A DNA stretch of 64,000 bases from an uncultured Thermoleophilia bacterium (GTDB taxonomy: Bacteria > Actinomycetota > Thermoleophilia > UBA2241), in the NCBI GenBank assembly GCA_963707335.1, contig CAVPQD010000016.1, positions 815 to 64,814 of the forward strand. The letters run 5' to 3'. Below the pieces are notes generated by a model. The model saw nothing but the letters and a program-made list of their open reading frames with translations. It ran no database searches and was not told the origin of the DNA. This document shows, one piece after another, positions 42,219 through 51,579 of this stretch (the stretch's first letter is position 1; each line of letters opens with the position of its first letter). The position numbers and the translations under genes are program-made.

Positions 42219-43352
42219 TCAGGGAGAGACCGAGTCGGGCGGGTTCGCCGCGCCGGCCGGCGCGGCGAACCCGTTGACGACGTCGTAGACCGGGACGCGT
42301 CCGGCAACGGCGCCGGCGACCGCGTTGAAGAAGAGCTTCGCTTGATAGGGCTGGGGCACGCGGAACGGGTTGGCCGTCACGGCGAGCACGCGCAGCGGCG
42401 TGAGCACCTCGAGCGCGATACCGCGCCGCCGGAAGCGGCTCACGGTCGTCGCCGGCAGGACCAGGACGGTGGGGTCGCGGACGACGACGCGCAGTTCGCG
42501 GCGCGGCGGCAGGACACGCGTGAAGTCGTCCACGAACTCCTGCGTGAGGGCGCCGCCGATGAAGAGCGTGCGCGTGCGGCGGCGCTCGACCTCGCGGGCT
42601 ACGGACACGCCCTCGCCGACAACGGTGGGCATGTCGAGGCGCTCGATGTCGCCGTGATCGTCCACTGAGACGGCGCGGGCCGTCTCGAGGCCGGCGGCCT
42701 CGACGAGCCCGCGTGTCCCGGCGTCCGTCGCCGGGAGCAGCAGCATGTCCAGCGTCGCGACAGTGGTCGCGAGCACGTCGTCCAGGCTGTCGCCGACCAT
42801 GCCGCCGGTCGCCATCACGACTCCCTCGCTGACGCGCGGGGAGGCGCTCCCCAGGCGGTTGATGGCGCCGTCGACGAGCACCTGGTCGGCGCCGAGCGCC
42901 TGCAACCGTTGGATCGTGTACCGCAGCTCCGCGAGCGTCGTGGGCCCGCTGACCTCGACCTTTCCTTCACCATCGGCACGGCCGATGAGCACCCGGCCGA
43001 GCGGCGTATGGAACGGCAGCTCCTCGAGGACGTGCATGTCGTAGCGCGAGCGGTCGAGCGAGCCCTGCGTCGTCGCCACGAGCGTGCCGGCGGGCGGGGC
43101 GATGCTCGGCTTGGCGAGGCCGGTGAGGTGGTCCGTGCGCTCGCCGTCGAGACCGAGCGACGTGAGGCCGAACCGCCGGCCGCAGTTGGCCATGAGGCTG
43201 TTCACCACGGTGGTCTTGCCGGCGTTCTTCACCAAGCCGATCACGGCCAGACTGCGCTGCGGCGAGGCGTCGACCAGCTCGTAGAGGCCGGCGACGGGCC
43301 CATCGGCCACGCCGGCCTTCTCGCGGATGGGAGTGACGCGGTCGCGGCCCAT
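42219..43352 (-). CDS. P-loop NTPase-like protein of unknown function, encoded immediately upstream of kamDE
   Basis: 377 aa. The Walker-A-like motif is GLVKNAGKTTVVNSL. Also contains VLVDGAINRLGSASP. The stop lies 15 nt from the kamD start, and the start overlaps the regulator stop. Confidence 0.6.
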   Translation of the reverse strand: MGRDRVTPIREKAGVADGPVAGLYELVDASPQRSLAVIGLVKNAGKTTVVNSLMANCGRRFGLTSLGLDGERTDHLTGLAKPSIAPPAGTLVATTQGSLDRSRYDMHVLEELPFHTPLGRVLIGRADGEGKVEVSGPTTLAELRYTIQRLQALGADQVLVDGAINRLGSASPRVSEGVVMATGGMVGDSLDDVLATTVATLDMLLLPATDAGTRGLVEAAGLETARAVSVDDHGDIERLDMPTVVGEGVSVAREVERRRTRTLFIGGALTQEFVDDFTRVLPPRRELRVVVRDPTVLVLPATTVSRFRRRGIALEVLTPLRVLAVTANPFRVPQPYQAKLFFNAVAGAVAGRVPVYDVVNGFAAPAGAANPPDSVSP

Positions 43353-44089
43353 CAGCGCCGGCTCCGGCCCCGGTCCGCGGCCGCGCGCGGCCCTCGGCCG
43401 TCCTCGTCGCCGTGCCGGATCTCCTTGAGATAACTGAAGATGGTGTAGCGCGAGAGGTCCAGGGCCTTTGCGACCTGCTCAGCGGAGCGCTTCACGAGGA
43501 AGGCGCCGCGCTCCTCGAGGCGCTTGACGACCTCCATCTTCTCCTCTCGCGACATGGCTGCGGGTGTCTTGCCCATCTCGTTGAGGATCTTCGCGATCAT
43601 GCCCGCGACGACGTCGCGGATGTCGCCGGCGAAGATCTCCTCCTTCTCGGGCACCGCCCCGTCGCCGAGGCGCTCGACGGCCGTGAGGTTGGCGAGCGTG
43701 CGCTGGGCTTGGACGAGCTCGGAGATGTCGATGTTGAGTCCCAGGATGCCGTAAGCCTCGCCCTCCTCGTCCCGCAGCGTCACGGCGAGCGATCTGAGGA
43801 TCTTGCCGTCGCGCGAGGTGACGTAGAGGCGCACGTCCTGCCCCTCGTCCACATGGCGAAGGCTGCGCAGCATGAGGTCCGTGGGTACGTCGCCGACGGT
43901 GCGCCCCGTGACGGAGCCGTTCTCGATGGCGACGATGGAGTGGGGAAGCTGGGCGATGTCGTGCAGCACGACCTCGCAGCCCGGGCCGAACATCTCGGCA
44001 AGGCCCTTGACCACGGGCAGCAGCGCCCGCATGCGGGCGTCGAGTGGCTGCTTGACCAAGCGACCCTCCTGTCGCGGCTGGAAAGACAT
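43352..44089 (-). CDS. YheO-like PAS domain plus HTH transcriptional regulator
   Basis: LLPVVKGLAEMFGPGCEVVLHDIAQLPHSIVAIENGSVTGRTVG is the YheO-like part. The C-terminal HTH is AEQVAKALDLSRYTIFSYLKEI. The start is ATG 44089, or alternatively 44032. Confidence 0.75.
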   Translation of the reverse strand: MSFQPRQEGRLVKQPLDARMRALLPVVKGLAEMFGPGCEVVLHDIAQLPHSIVAIENGSVTGRTVGDVPTDLMLRSLRHVDEGQDVRLYVTSRDGKILRSLAVTLRDEEGEAYGILGLNIDISELVQAQRTLANLTAVERLGDGAVPEKEEIFAGDIRDVVAGMIAKILNEMGKTPAAMSREEKMEVVKRLEERGAFLVKRSAEQVAKALDLSRYTIFSYLKEIRHGDEDGRGPRAAADRGRSRR

Positions 44090-44124
44090 GGCATACCGAG
44101 GCGAATGGACGGCCTGGGACACTT

Positions 44125-44154
44125 GGTATACACCGCCGGACTCGGGCTTGTCAA
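44125..44154 (-). promoter_or_regulatory. Candidate sigma-A/sigma-70 promoter of the regulator-kam operon
   Basis: On the minus strand: T-tract, TTGACA (44149-44154), an 18-nt spacer, then TATACC (44125-44130). It lies about 35 nt upstream of ATG 44089. Confidence 0.4.
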
Positions 44155-44228
44155 AAAAGGTGGGAGCCCTGTCGCGTTTAGTGGGAGCAGCGCATCCTGT
44201 CTGCGGCGCGGGGCGAGGGAGCACGAAC

Positions 44229-44269
44229 GCGACCGGCGGCGCGTCGCGGAGCGCCGCGCCGCCGGTCGC
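44229..44269 (-). terminator. 15-bp perfect hairpin 10 nt downstream of the htrA stop
   Basis: gcgaccggcggcgcg-(11 nt)-cgcgccgccggtcgc. Confidence 0.6.
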
Positions 44270-44278
44270 CGTTGTGGC

Positions 44279-45457
44279 TCAGAGATTGCTTGGCCGTGCC
44301 GCGAGGGTGGCGGGCACCTCGATGGTCTTGCCGTCGCGCACCACCGTGAGAGTCACCTTGTCGCCCGGTTTCTTGGTGCCCAGGAAGGCGACGAGCTCGT
44401 CGAAGGTCGTGATCTCCTTGCCGTCCACCTTGACGATGACGTCGCCGCCGATGGTGTATTGCTGGCCCTGCACGGTGACCGTGCGGTCGCCGCCCTTGAG
44501 GCCTGCCTTCGCCGCAGGGCTGTCCGGCGAGACCTGTTCGACCAGGGCGCCGCTCTCGGCCGTGAGGTCGAACATGGTGGCGACATCGCCGGTGAGCGTC
44601 TGCCCCGCCACGCCGAGCCATGCGTACTGGACGGTGCCCGTCTTCTTGAGCTGGTCCATGACGCGGATCGCGGTGTTGATGGGCACGGCGAAGCCGAGGC
44701 CGTCGTTGCCGCCGCCCTGCGAGGCGATCTGCTCGTTGATGCCGATCACGCGTCCGCCGCCGTCGATGAGCGGGCCGCCGGAGTTGCCCTGGTTGATGGC
44801 GGCGTCGGTCTGGATGCCGTTCGGGATGCTCATGCCGTTCGGGGCCTGCAGCGTGCGTCCCGTCGCCGACACGATGCCGGACGTGATGGAGAAGTCGTAG
44901 CCCAGGGGGTTGCCGATGGCCACGACGGGCTCACCCACGGCGACCTTGTCGGAATCGCCGAGCGGGAGCGCCTTCAGATCCAGGCCGCTCGGGTCCACCT
45001 TGATGAGTGCCACGTCGCTGCCCTGGTCGACACCGACGAGCTCGCCCTTCACGCGCTGGGTCTCTGAGCCACCCTTGTTGAAGACCACTGTGACGGCGCT
45101 GGCCTTCTGACCGTTCTCATCGACGACGTGCGCGTTGGTGAGGATGTAGCCTTTCGTGTCGACCACGAAGCCGGTGCCGAGCGCCTGGGCGCTCTGGGGC
45201 TGCCCGAACTGGTTCGTGCCGCCGGAGAAGTCCGACAGGACCATGACGACGCCGCCTGAGAGGTCCTGGTAGATCTGCTGAGGCGTAAGGCCTTGTCCAG
45301 GCGCCGGGGTGTACGTGGTCGTCGTGCCCGAACCGGTCTGGATGACCGTCTCCTGCCGGACCTCGCCGAAGTCGAAGACCAGCACGAGCACGAGGACGAC
45401 CAGCGCCGCGCCGATGACGCCGCCGATCAACCCTGTGAGCAGACCTCTAGATCTCAT
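44279..45457 (-). CDS. htrA: HtrA/DegP-family serine protease with an N-terminal TM anchor and a C-terminal PDZ domain
   Basis: Contains TNAHVV, the catalytic-Ser motif GNSGGPL, and the PDZ segment GALVEQVSPDSPAAKAGLKGGD. Confidence 0.92.
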   Translation of the reverse strand: MRSRGLLTGLIGGVIGAALVVLVLVLVFDFGEVRQETVIQTGSGTTTTYTPAPGQGLTPQQIYQDLSGGVVMVLSDFSGGTNQFGQPQSAQALGTGFVVDTKGYILTNAHVVDENGQKASAVTVVFNKGGSETQRVKGELVGVDQGSDVALIKVDPSGLDLKALPLGDSDKVAVGEPVVAIGNPLGYDFSITSGIVSATGRTLQAPNGMSIPNGIQTDAAINQGNSGGPLIDGGGRVIGINEQIASQGGGNDGLGFAVPINTAIRVMDQLKKTGTVQYAWLGVAGQTLTGDVATMFDLTAESGALVEQVSPDSPAAKAGLKGGDRTVTVQGQQYTIGGDVIVKVDGKEITTFDELVAFLGTKKPGDKVTLTVVRDGKTIEVPATLAARPSNL

Positions 45458-45570
45458 GAGCGTCCCTTCCTCGCGCCAGGTCCGGCGGGGCTTCTCCCCT
45501 CGGACAGCCCGGATGGCGCTGCACGTGCATAGGTATTAAGTGCACGCTGCGGCCAGTTTAGTAACGGCCA

Positions 45571-47455
45571 TCAGGTCAGGGCCTGAGAGTCGGCGGAGAC
45601 CTGGGCCTTGGCGGCGACGGGATCGGCGCGGTCGTCCGTCGCCGGCTCCCGGCGCCTGGCGCCGTCGCCGCCTGCGCCCTTCCTCGTCGCAGGCTCGCGC
45701 GGCAGGCGCACCGTGAAGCTGGCGCCTCCACCGGCGGCGGAGGAGGCGCTGATCGTGCCGCCCATGAGCTCCGTGAGCTCTCGGGCGATGGAGAGGCCGA
45801 GGCCGGCGCCGGAGGTGCTGGCCCGGTCCTCCCGCCCCCGATGGAACCGCTCGAACACGTGCGGCAGCTCGCTGCGCGATATGCCGGGGCCGTCGTCGCT
45901 GACGGTCACTGCGGCGCGAGGACCCTCGTCGTGGAGGGTCACACGGACGCTGGTGCCCGCCGGCGAGAACTTGACTGCGTTGTCCACGAGCGCGCGCAGC
46001 ACCTGCGCCAGGCGCTGCTCGTCGCACCACGCCGTCAGGCCCTCGCCACTCTCCGCGATCAGCGCCAGGTCCTTGGCCTGGCCCTGCGCCTGGAACTCGT
46101 CCAGCACGGCGCGGGCCACGGCCTCCAGTTCCACCCGCTCCGGCTCCAGCTCGATGGAGCCGGCCTCGACCCGCGACAGGTCGAGCATGCTCACCGCCAG
46201 GTTGCGCAGGCGGTCGACCTGCACGCGCATGAGCTGCAGGAACTCCTGCTGCTCCTCCGGGCTGAGGTTGCCCTCGTCGATCAGCTCCAGGAAGCCGGCG
46301 AGCGAGAACAGCGGCGTCTTGAACTCATGTGAGGCGTTCGCGATGAGGTCGCGCCGCGCCCGCTCGAGGCGTGCCTGGGCGCTCACGTCGCGCAGCACCA
46401 CGATGGAGGTGAAGTCGGCCTCGCCGCCGACGGGGTAGGTCGTCGCCTCGAGCGTCTTGTCGCCGTGCACGAAGACGATCACCTGGCCGGCGGCGTCCGT
46501 GCCCGACTCGCGCCAGAGGGTGGCGACGTCCTCGGGGAAGGTGTCGTCCACCAGCGCGCCCACGGCCAGCGGCCGTCCCAACAGCTCGGCGGCCGCCGGG
46601 TTGGCGATGGTGAGGGCGCCGTCGGCGGCGATGCCGATCACGCCCTCGCTGAGGTCGTTGAGCAGCACCTCGATACGGTCGCGCTCGTACTCGACGGCGG
46701 CGAAGGCGTCCCGCAGGCGCGCCGCCATGATGTTGAAGGTGTTGCCCAGCTGGCCGATCTCGTCCTCGACGCTGATGTCCACGGTCGCCGTGAGGTCGCC
46801 GCCGGCGATCGACTCTGCGCTGCGCTCGATCCTCTTCAGGCGCCGCGCGATGAAGTACGAGGCCATGTAGCCGAGCACCACGCTGAGCACCAGGGCGAAG
46901 CCCGTGGCGCGCAGCAGGGCGCGTTGCACCGCCGCGACGGCCTTGTCCACGTCGGTGAGGGGTGCGGCGACCAGCACGACGCCGGCGATCTCGCCCTCCT
47001 GTGTCTCTGCCGTCAACGGGACGGCCGTCGCCGCGTACCGCCCTGTTGCGGTCAGCGCGATACCCTGAACCCGCTGCTTGCTGTTCACCACCTCCGCCAG
47101 CATGGGGTAGTTGCGCGCGTTGAAGGGGTCAAGGCCGGCCGTGGATGTGCTGGGCTCGAGCTTGTTCGTGAGCACCACGACGCGCGCGCCGAGTTGCGCG
47201 CTAAGCAGACGGACATTCAGATCCAGCGACGGTGGCGCTCGTGATGACCGTCTCGCCGGTCGCCTGGTTGTAGCGCACGAACTGGCTCACCGTGCTACTG
47301 ATGACCCCGACGTTGCCCTGCATGTCCTTGAGCTTCTGCTGGTCCAAGCGGTCGCCGAGCGGCGGTACCACGTACAGCCAGGCCACCAGCATGGCCAAGC
47401 CGACCAGCGCGACGATGAGGAGTGTCAACCAGTTCTTGACGGAGCTGAAGAGCAT
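45571..47455 (-). pseudogene. Sensor histidine kinase (TM, extracytoplasmic domain, HAMP, PAS-like, HisKA, HATPase) with one frameshift near 47200-47225
   Basis: The N-terminal TM piece MLFSSVKNWLTLLIVALVGLAMLVAWLYV is in a different frame from the remainder. The remainder has the H-box SHEFKTPL, the N-box LVDNAVKF and the G-box GAGLGLSI. Confidence 0.85.
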
Positions 47456-47485
47456 GTGGAGCGGGCGCGTCGGCGCCCTCGCCTC

Positions 47486-48193
47486 CTAGAACTCGCGGAA
47501 CTTGTAGCCGATATTGCGGACGGTGAAGATGAACTCCGGGTCTTTGGGGTCGCTTTCGAGCTTCTCCCTCAGGTGGCGGATGTGAACATCCACGGTGCGC
47601 GCGTCGCGGTAGTCTGAGTCGCCCCACACCAGCTGCAGCAGGAGCTGGCGGCTGTACACGCGACCCGGGTGCGAGATGAGCGTCTTGAGGATCTCGAACT
47701 CGATGTAGGTGAGGTCGACCTTGCCGCCGCGTACGACGACGTTGCGTTTGAGCAGGTCGACCTCCAGCTCGTCGACCTTGATGACGTCCTTGCGGGCGGC
47801 CTCGGCGCTGCGGCTCATCTCCGCGCGCCGCAACTGCGCCCGCACCCTGCTGCGGAACTCGCGCAGGCTGAACTTGTCCTTGGTGATGTAGTCGTCGGCG
47901 CCGATCTCCAGACCCAGGACCTTGTCGAACTCGTCCGACTTTGCCGTGAGCATGATGATCGGCACGATGCTCTGGGCGCGGATACGGCGGCACACCTCCA
48001 TGCCGTCGACGTGCGGCAGCATGAGGTCCAGGATGACAAGGTCGAAGCTCTCGCGGGCGAACGTCTCCAGCGCCTCCTCCCCGTCGCGCGCCGTGACCAC
48101 CTGGTAGCCCTCCTTCTCCAGGGGGAAGCGCAGCAGCTTGAGGATGGCCTCCTCGTCGTCCACCAGCATGATCCGGGCCCCGTTCTCGGTCAT
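47486..48193 (-). CDS. OmpR-family response regulator
   Basis: The receiver has LVDDEE...DLVILDLMLP. The winged-helix output has LTYIEFEILKTLISHPGRVYSR...VDVHIRHLREKL. Confidence 0.93.
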   Translation of the reverse strand: MTENGARIMLVDDEEAILKLLRFPLEKEGYQVVTARDGEEALETFARESFDLVILDLMLPHVDGMEVCRRIRAQSIVPIIMLTAKSDEFDKVLGLEIGADDYITKDKFSLREFRSRVRAQLRRAEMSRSAEAARKDVIKVDELEVDLLKRNVVVRGGKVDLTYIEFEILKTLISHPGRVYSRQLLLQLVWGDSDYRDARTVDVHIRHLREKLESDPKDPEFIFTVRNIGYKFREF

Positions 48194-48196
48194 CGC

Positions 48197-48844
48197 TCAT
48201 CCCCCCTTCTCGACGCCGTCGCGCCCGCGCGGCGCGGCCAGGCCGCGGGCGCGGAATGCGGCGCCCATGGCTTGCGCGATCGCCGCGACGGCATCCAGGT
48301 CGACGTCGGAGTGGGCGACCGCGGTCAGCGTGGTCTCGATGTCATGCCCCACGCACTCTTCGGCGAAGCGCAGCACGGCCCTGTACGCCTTGCTGAAGAC
48401 CGGGCGGCAGATGAGGTCGTATGTCTCGGGATCGGCGGCGTTGAGGCTCACGCTCACAGCCGTGAGGCCGGCCGCCGCCAGGGCCGCCGGCACGTCCACA
48501 TCCGGGTTGAGCAGCTGGCCGTGCCCGTTTGTGTCGAGCCGCGCCGGGATACGGCGCAGCCGCAGCCACTCCGTGACGGCAAGCACGACGTCCAGGCGCA
48601 TGGTCGGCTCGCCGAAGCCACAGAACGCGACCTCGTCGGCAGGCCCGTCCAGGAAGGCGAGCTCGATGGCAGTTGTGACCTCGTCCACGTCAGGCTCCTG
48701 GTCGAGCCTCAGCGACTCGCCGTACACGCCGTCCGTCCAGGCCCGCAGGCAGAACTCGCAGGCGCTCGAGCAGCGGTTCGTGATATTGAGATAGATGGTG
48801 TCGCCGCCGCGGTAGGCGATGACGCCTTGTGCTGTTCCGGTCAT
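48197..48844 (-). CDS. Small radical SAM protein (TatD-associated type, from memory)
   Basis: ATG at 48844. The CxxxCxxC motif is NITNRCSSACEFC. About 215 aa. The stop lies 4 nt from the response-regulator start. The longer upstream extension of the ORF is Arg/Ser-rich noise. Confidence 0.7.
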   Translation of the reverse strand: MTGTAQGVIAYRGGDTIYLNITNRCSSACEFCLRAWTDGVYGESLRLDQEPDVDEVTTAIELAFLDGPADEVAFCGFGEPTMRLDVVLAVTEWLRLRRIPARLDTNGHGQLLNPDVDVPAALAAAGLTAVSVSLNAADPETYDLICRPVFSKAYRAVLRFAEECVGHDIETTLTAVAHSDVDLDAVAAIAQAMGAAFRARGLAAPRGRDGVEKGG

Positions 48845-48919
48845 GACTGGGTGCGTGGACGGTGGACGGGACGGCCGTCGCAGCCGACGGCGCTGGGTCG
48901 CCCGCCGAGTATAGCAGGG

Positions 48920-48925
48920 TAGAAT
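48920..48925 (+). promoter_or_regulatory. Candidate -10 element (TAGAAT) for the IMPase-like/radical-SAM operon
   Basis: TAGAAT lies 29 nt upstream of GTG 48954, followed by the RBS AAGGAG. No convincing -35 element was found. Confidence 0.3.
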
Positions 48926-48953
48926 ACGAGGCCCCGGACGCCAAGGAGCCAGC

Positions 48954-49892
48954 GTGCACGACACCACCCACAAGCTCGTCGACCTGTGCGGTCGCCTGCG
49001 GGACGTCGTGGTGCCGTCGCTGGGCCTGCACGCCGCCCGGGACCACGCAGGCGCAGCGGTGGGCGGCGACGTGACCTTCAGCATCGACGAGGACGCCGAG
49101 GCCTTGCTGGAGGCGTACATGGCCGAGCATGCCCCGGAGTGGGGGTATTACTCCGAGGACCGCGGCCTGCAGAGTCCGCCGGACGCCGAGTTGATCCTCG
49201 TCGTGGATCCGATCGACGGCACGCGGCCGGCGGCGGCCGGCTTCGAGGCGGCCTGCGTGAGCGTCGCGGCGGTGCCGCCGTTGCCGGCTCCGACCATGGG
49301 CGACGTGGTCGCCGGTGTGGTGCAGGAGATCAAGACCGGCGACCTGTTCGTGGCGGAGAAGGGCGCCGGCCTCAGCATGATGCGGTCGACCGGTGAGCCG
49401 ATCCCGCTGCTGCCCACCGCGCGTACCGATCTGGAGAGCCTGTTCTGGTCACTCGGCTTTCGCGGCCGTCCGGCCGTCATCCTCGCGAGAGTCCTGGAGG
49501 AGCTCATCGACGTCTCCTCGGTGGGCGGCGCCGTGTTCGACATGGGCTCGGCCACGTACTCCATCACGCGCATCCTCACCGGGCAGCTGGACGCCTACGT
49601 GGACATCGGCCCGGCGATCATCGAAGCGCACCCCGCCGTCGAGGCCGAGTTCCGGCGCGTCGGGCGCGGCAACGTGCTGTGCAACTCACCCTACGATCTG
49701 GCCGCCGCGCACCTGCTGTGCGCGGAGGCGGGCGTCCCCATCGGCGACGCCGCGGGACGCCCGCTCGACGGCAAGCCCGTGCTCGGCTCCGGCTTGGGTT
49801 TCCAGCTGGCCTGCGTCGCGTCCGGCAGTGCCGAGCTGCAGGCCGCGCTCGTCGACGTCGTGCAGCGCGGCATAGGAGGTCTGACGCTGTGA
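48954..49892 (+). CDS. Inositol monophosphatase / FBPase-like family phosphatase
   Basis: Contains YYSEDRG, VVDPIDGT and YDLAAAHLLCAEAG. 312 aa. The stop overlaps the next start (GTGA). Confidence 0.8.
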   Translation: MHDTTHKLVDLCGRLRDVVVPSLGLHAARDHAGAAVGGDVTFSIDEDAEALLEAYMAEHAPEWGYYSEDRGLQSPPDAELILVVDPIDGTRPAAAGFEAACVSVAAVPPLPAPTMGDVVAGVVQEIKTGDLFVAEKGAGLSMMRSTGEPIPLLPTARTDLESLFWSLGFRGRPAVILARVLEELIDVSSVGGAVFDMGSATYSITRILTGQLDAYVDIGPAIIEAHPAVEAEFRRVGRGNVLCNSPYDLAAAHLLCAEAGVPIGDAAGRPLDGKPVLGSGLGFQLACVASGSAELQAALVDVVQRGIGGLTL

Positions 49893-50930
49893 GCGAGCCC
49901 AACTGGCACGAGGCCATGCTCTATGACAAGCGGGATGACGGCGCGGTCGACTGCCGCGTGTGCCCGCGCCGCTGCCATGTCAAGCCCGGAGCGAGTGGCG
50001 TCTGCCGGGCGCGTGTCAACCGTGACGGCGTGCTGTACGCGATCACCTACGGCCGGGTCTGCAGCGTGGCCGCCGACCCCATCGAGAAGAAGCCGCTCTT
50101 CCACTTCTTCCCCGGCACCACGGTGTTGTCGCTCGGGAGCCTGGGCTGCAACTTCGCCTGCCGCGACTGCCAGAACTGGCAGATCGCCCACGCCGACCCG
50201 GCAGCCGCGACCCGCGACCTGCGCGAGCTGCCCGTCCGCAACCTCCCGGTCCTGGCTGACCACAACGACTGCGTCGGCGTCGCCTGGACGTACAACGAGC
50301 CGACGATCTGGCTCGAGTACATCCTGGACGGCGCGCAGCTCGCCCACGAGCACGGACTGTACACGGTGATGGTCACCAACGGCTTCATCACTGAGGAGGC
50401 GCTGGACGTGCTTGCGCCGCACATCGACGCCTATCGCGTCGATGTGAAGGGATTCAGCGACGAGCAGTACAGGGAGCTCTGCCGCATCGGCGACATCTCC
50501 CCCGTGCTCGCCGCCGCCGCCCGCGCCAGGCACAGGCACGACTGCCATGTGGAGATAGTCACCAACGTCGTGCCCACGTTCAATGACGACGACGAGACGC
50601 TCGGCGGCATCGCGGGCTGGATCGCCTCCGAGCTGGGGCCCAAGACGCCCTGGCATGTGACGCGCTTCATGCCCTATCTGGAGTACGCGCATCTGTCGCC
50701 GACGCCGATCCCCACGCTGGAGAGGGCGGTCCGCATCGGGCATGACGCGGGCCTCGACTTCGTCTACGTCGGCAACGTGCCGGGCCACGAGGGCGAGAAC
50801 ACCATCTGCCCCAACTGCCGTCGTCTTCTGGTGCGGCGCACGGGTCTACGCGGTTGAGGATGTCGCGCTCAGGGGAACCTTCTGTGCGATGTGCGGCGAG
50901 AACGCGAACGTGCGCACACACCGGAAGTGA
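49889..50930 (+). pseudogene. AmmeMemoRadiSam-system-type radical SAM enzyme (AmrS-like) with a frameshift near 50830
   Basis: Contains CRVCPRRCHVKPGASGVCRAR, IEKKPLFHF and the radical SAM motif CNFACRDCQNW. The C-terminal CPNC...(shift)...YAVEDVALRGTFCAMCGENA continues in another frame to 50930. Confidence 0.75.
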
Positions 50931-50943
50931 GTGGGGTGGCCAC

Positions 50944-51396
50944 ATGCAGACGCATTCGGTAGGATCCGCCACCGTGGGTGAACTCTTCAAACTGGACATC
51001 CCGGCGAAGGCCGAGTACGTGAGTCTCGGCCGTCTCGCCTTGGCCGGCATGCTGCGCAACGGCGGTTTCTCCGAGGACGCCGTCGCCGACCTCAAGCTGG
51101 CGCTCACGGAGGCGTGCTCCAACTCTGTGCGGCACGCCTACGACCACGAGAACGGTCAGGTCCACCTGGCCTTCACGCTCACCGACGCGAACGTCATCAT
51201 CCAGATCCGCGACGAGGGTGACGGCTTACACGAGGACGACGTGGACTGCCCCGAGTGCCAAGGCCTGCCGGGCCTCGAGGCCGCGGAGGGCGGCATGGGC
51301 ATATCCATCATCCGCGCCGTCGTCGACGACTTCAGACTGGACAGGCCTGAAGGCGGCGGCAGCGTCCTCGTCTTCACCAAGCGGCGCGACCTCTAA
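50944..51396 (+). CDS. Anti-sigma factor serine kinase (RsbW/SpoIIAB-like, HATPase_c_2)
   Basis: Contains LDIPAKAEYVSLGRLALAGM, EACSNSVRHAY and DEGDG...GGMGISIIRAVVDDF. No STAS partner or sigma gene is adjacent. Confidence 0.75.
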   Translation: MQTHSVGSATVGELFKLDIPAKAEYVSLGRLALAGMLRNGGFSEDAVADLKLALTEACSNSVRHAYDHENGQVHLAFTLTDANVIIQIRDEGDGLHEDDVDCPECQGLPGLEAAEGGMGISIIRAVVDDFRLDRPEGGGSVLVFTKRRDL

Positions 51397-51579
51397 GTCC
51401 TCCGCCACTTCGCGCCGCCATCTCAGCCTTTCGCGGTCCCGCGGCACCGCGCGGGCACCCCTTCTGCGACGGCGGCTGGTTTGGCCGGTCGAAGGGGCAC
51501 GGAACAACCATCCCGGGAAGACGTTTACGTGCGCTCGCCTGCGACCCGACGGCGAGCCTTGCGGAGTAGGAGGTCTCTC

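Noticed and set aside
38366-45067. Plus-strand ORFs of 740 aa (38366-40588), 474 aa (40533-41957) and 551 aa (43412-45067).
   Set aside because: They are antisense to thiolase, kamE, kamD, the regulator and htrA. They have no motifs and high Arg/His/Asp content.
45520-45529. Other CACGTG-centred palindromes as additional parS sites: TGCACGTGCA at 45520-45529, ggTTCACGTGga at 54199-54210 and cgTTCACGTGcggg at 14387-14400.
   Set aside because: Each matches the 14-bp parS core at only 8-9 of 14 positions. Two of them lie inside coding sequence.
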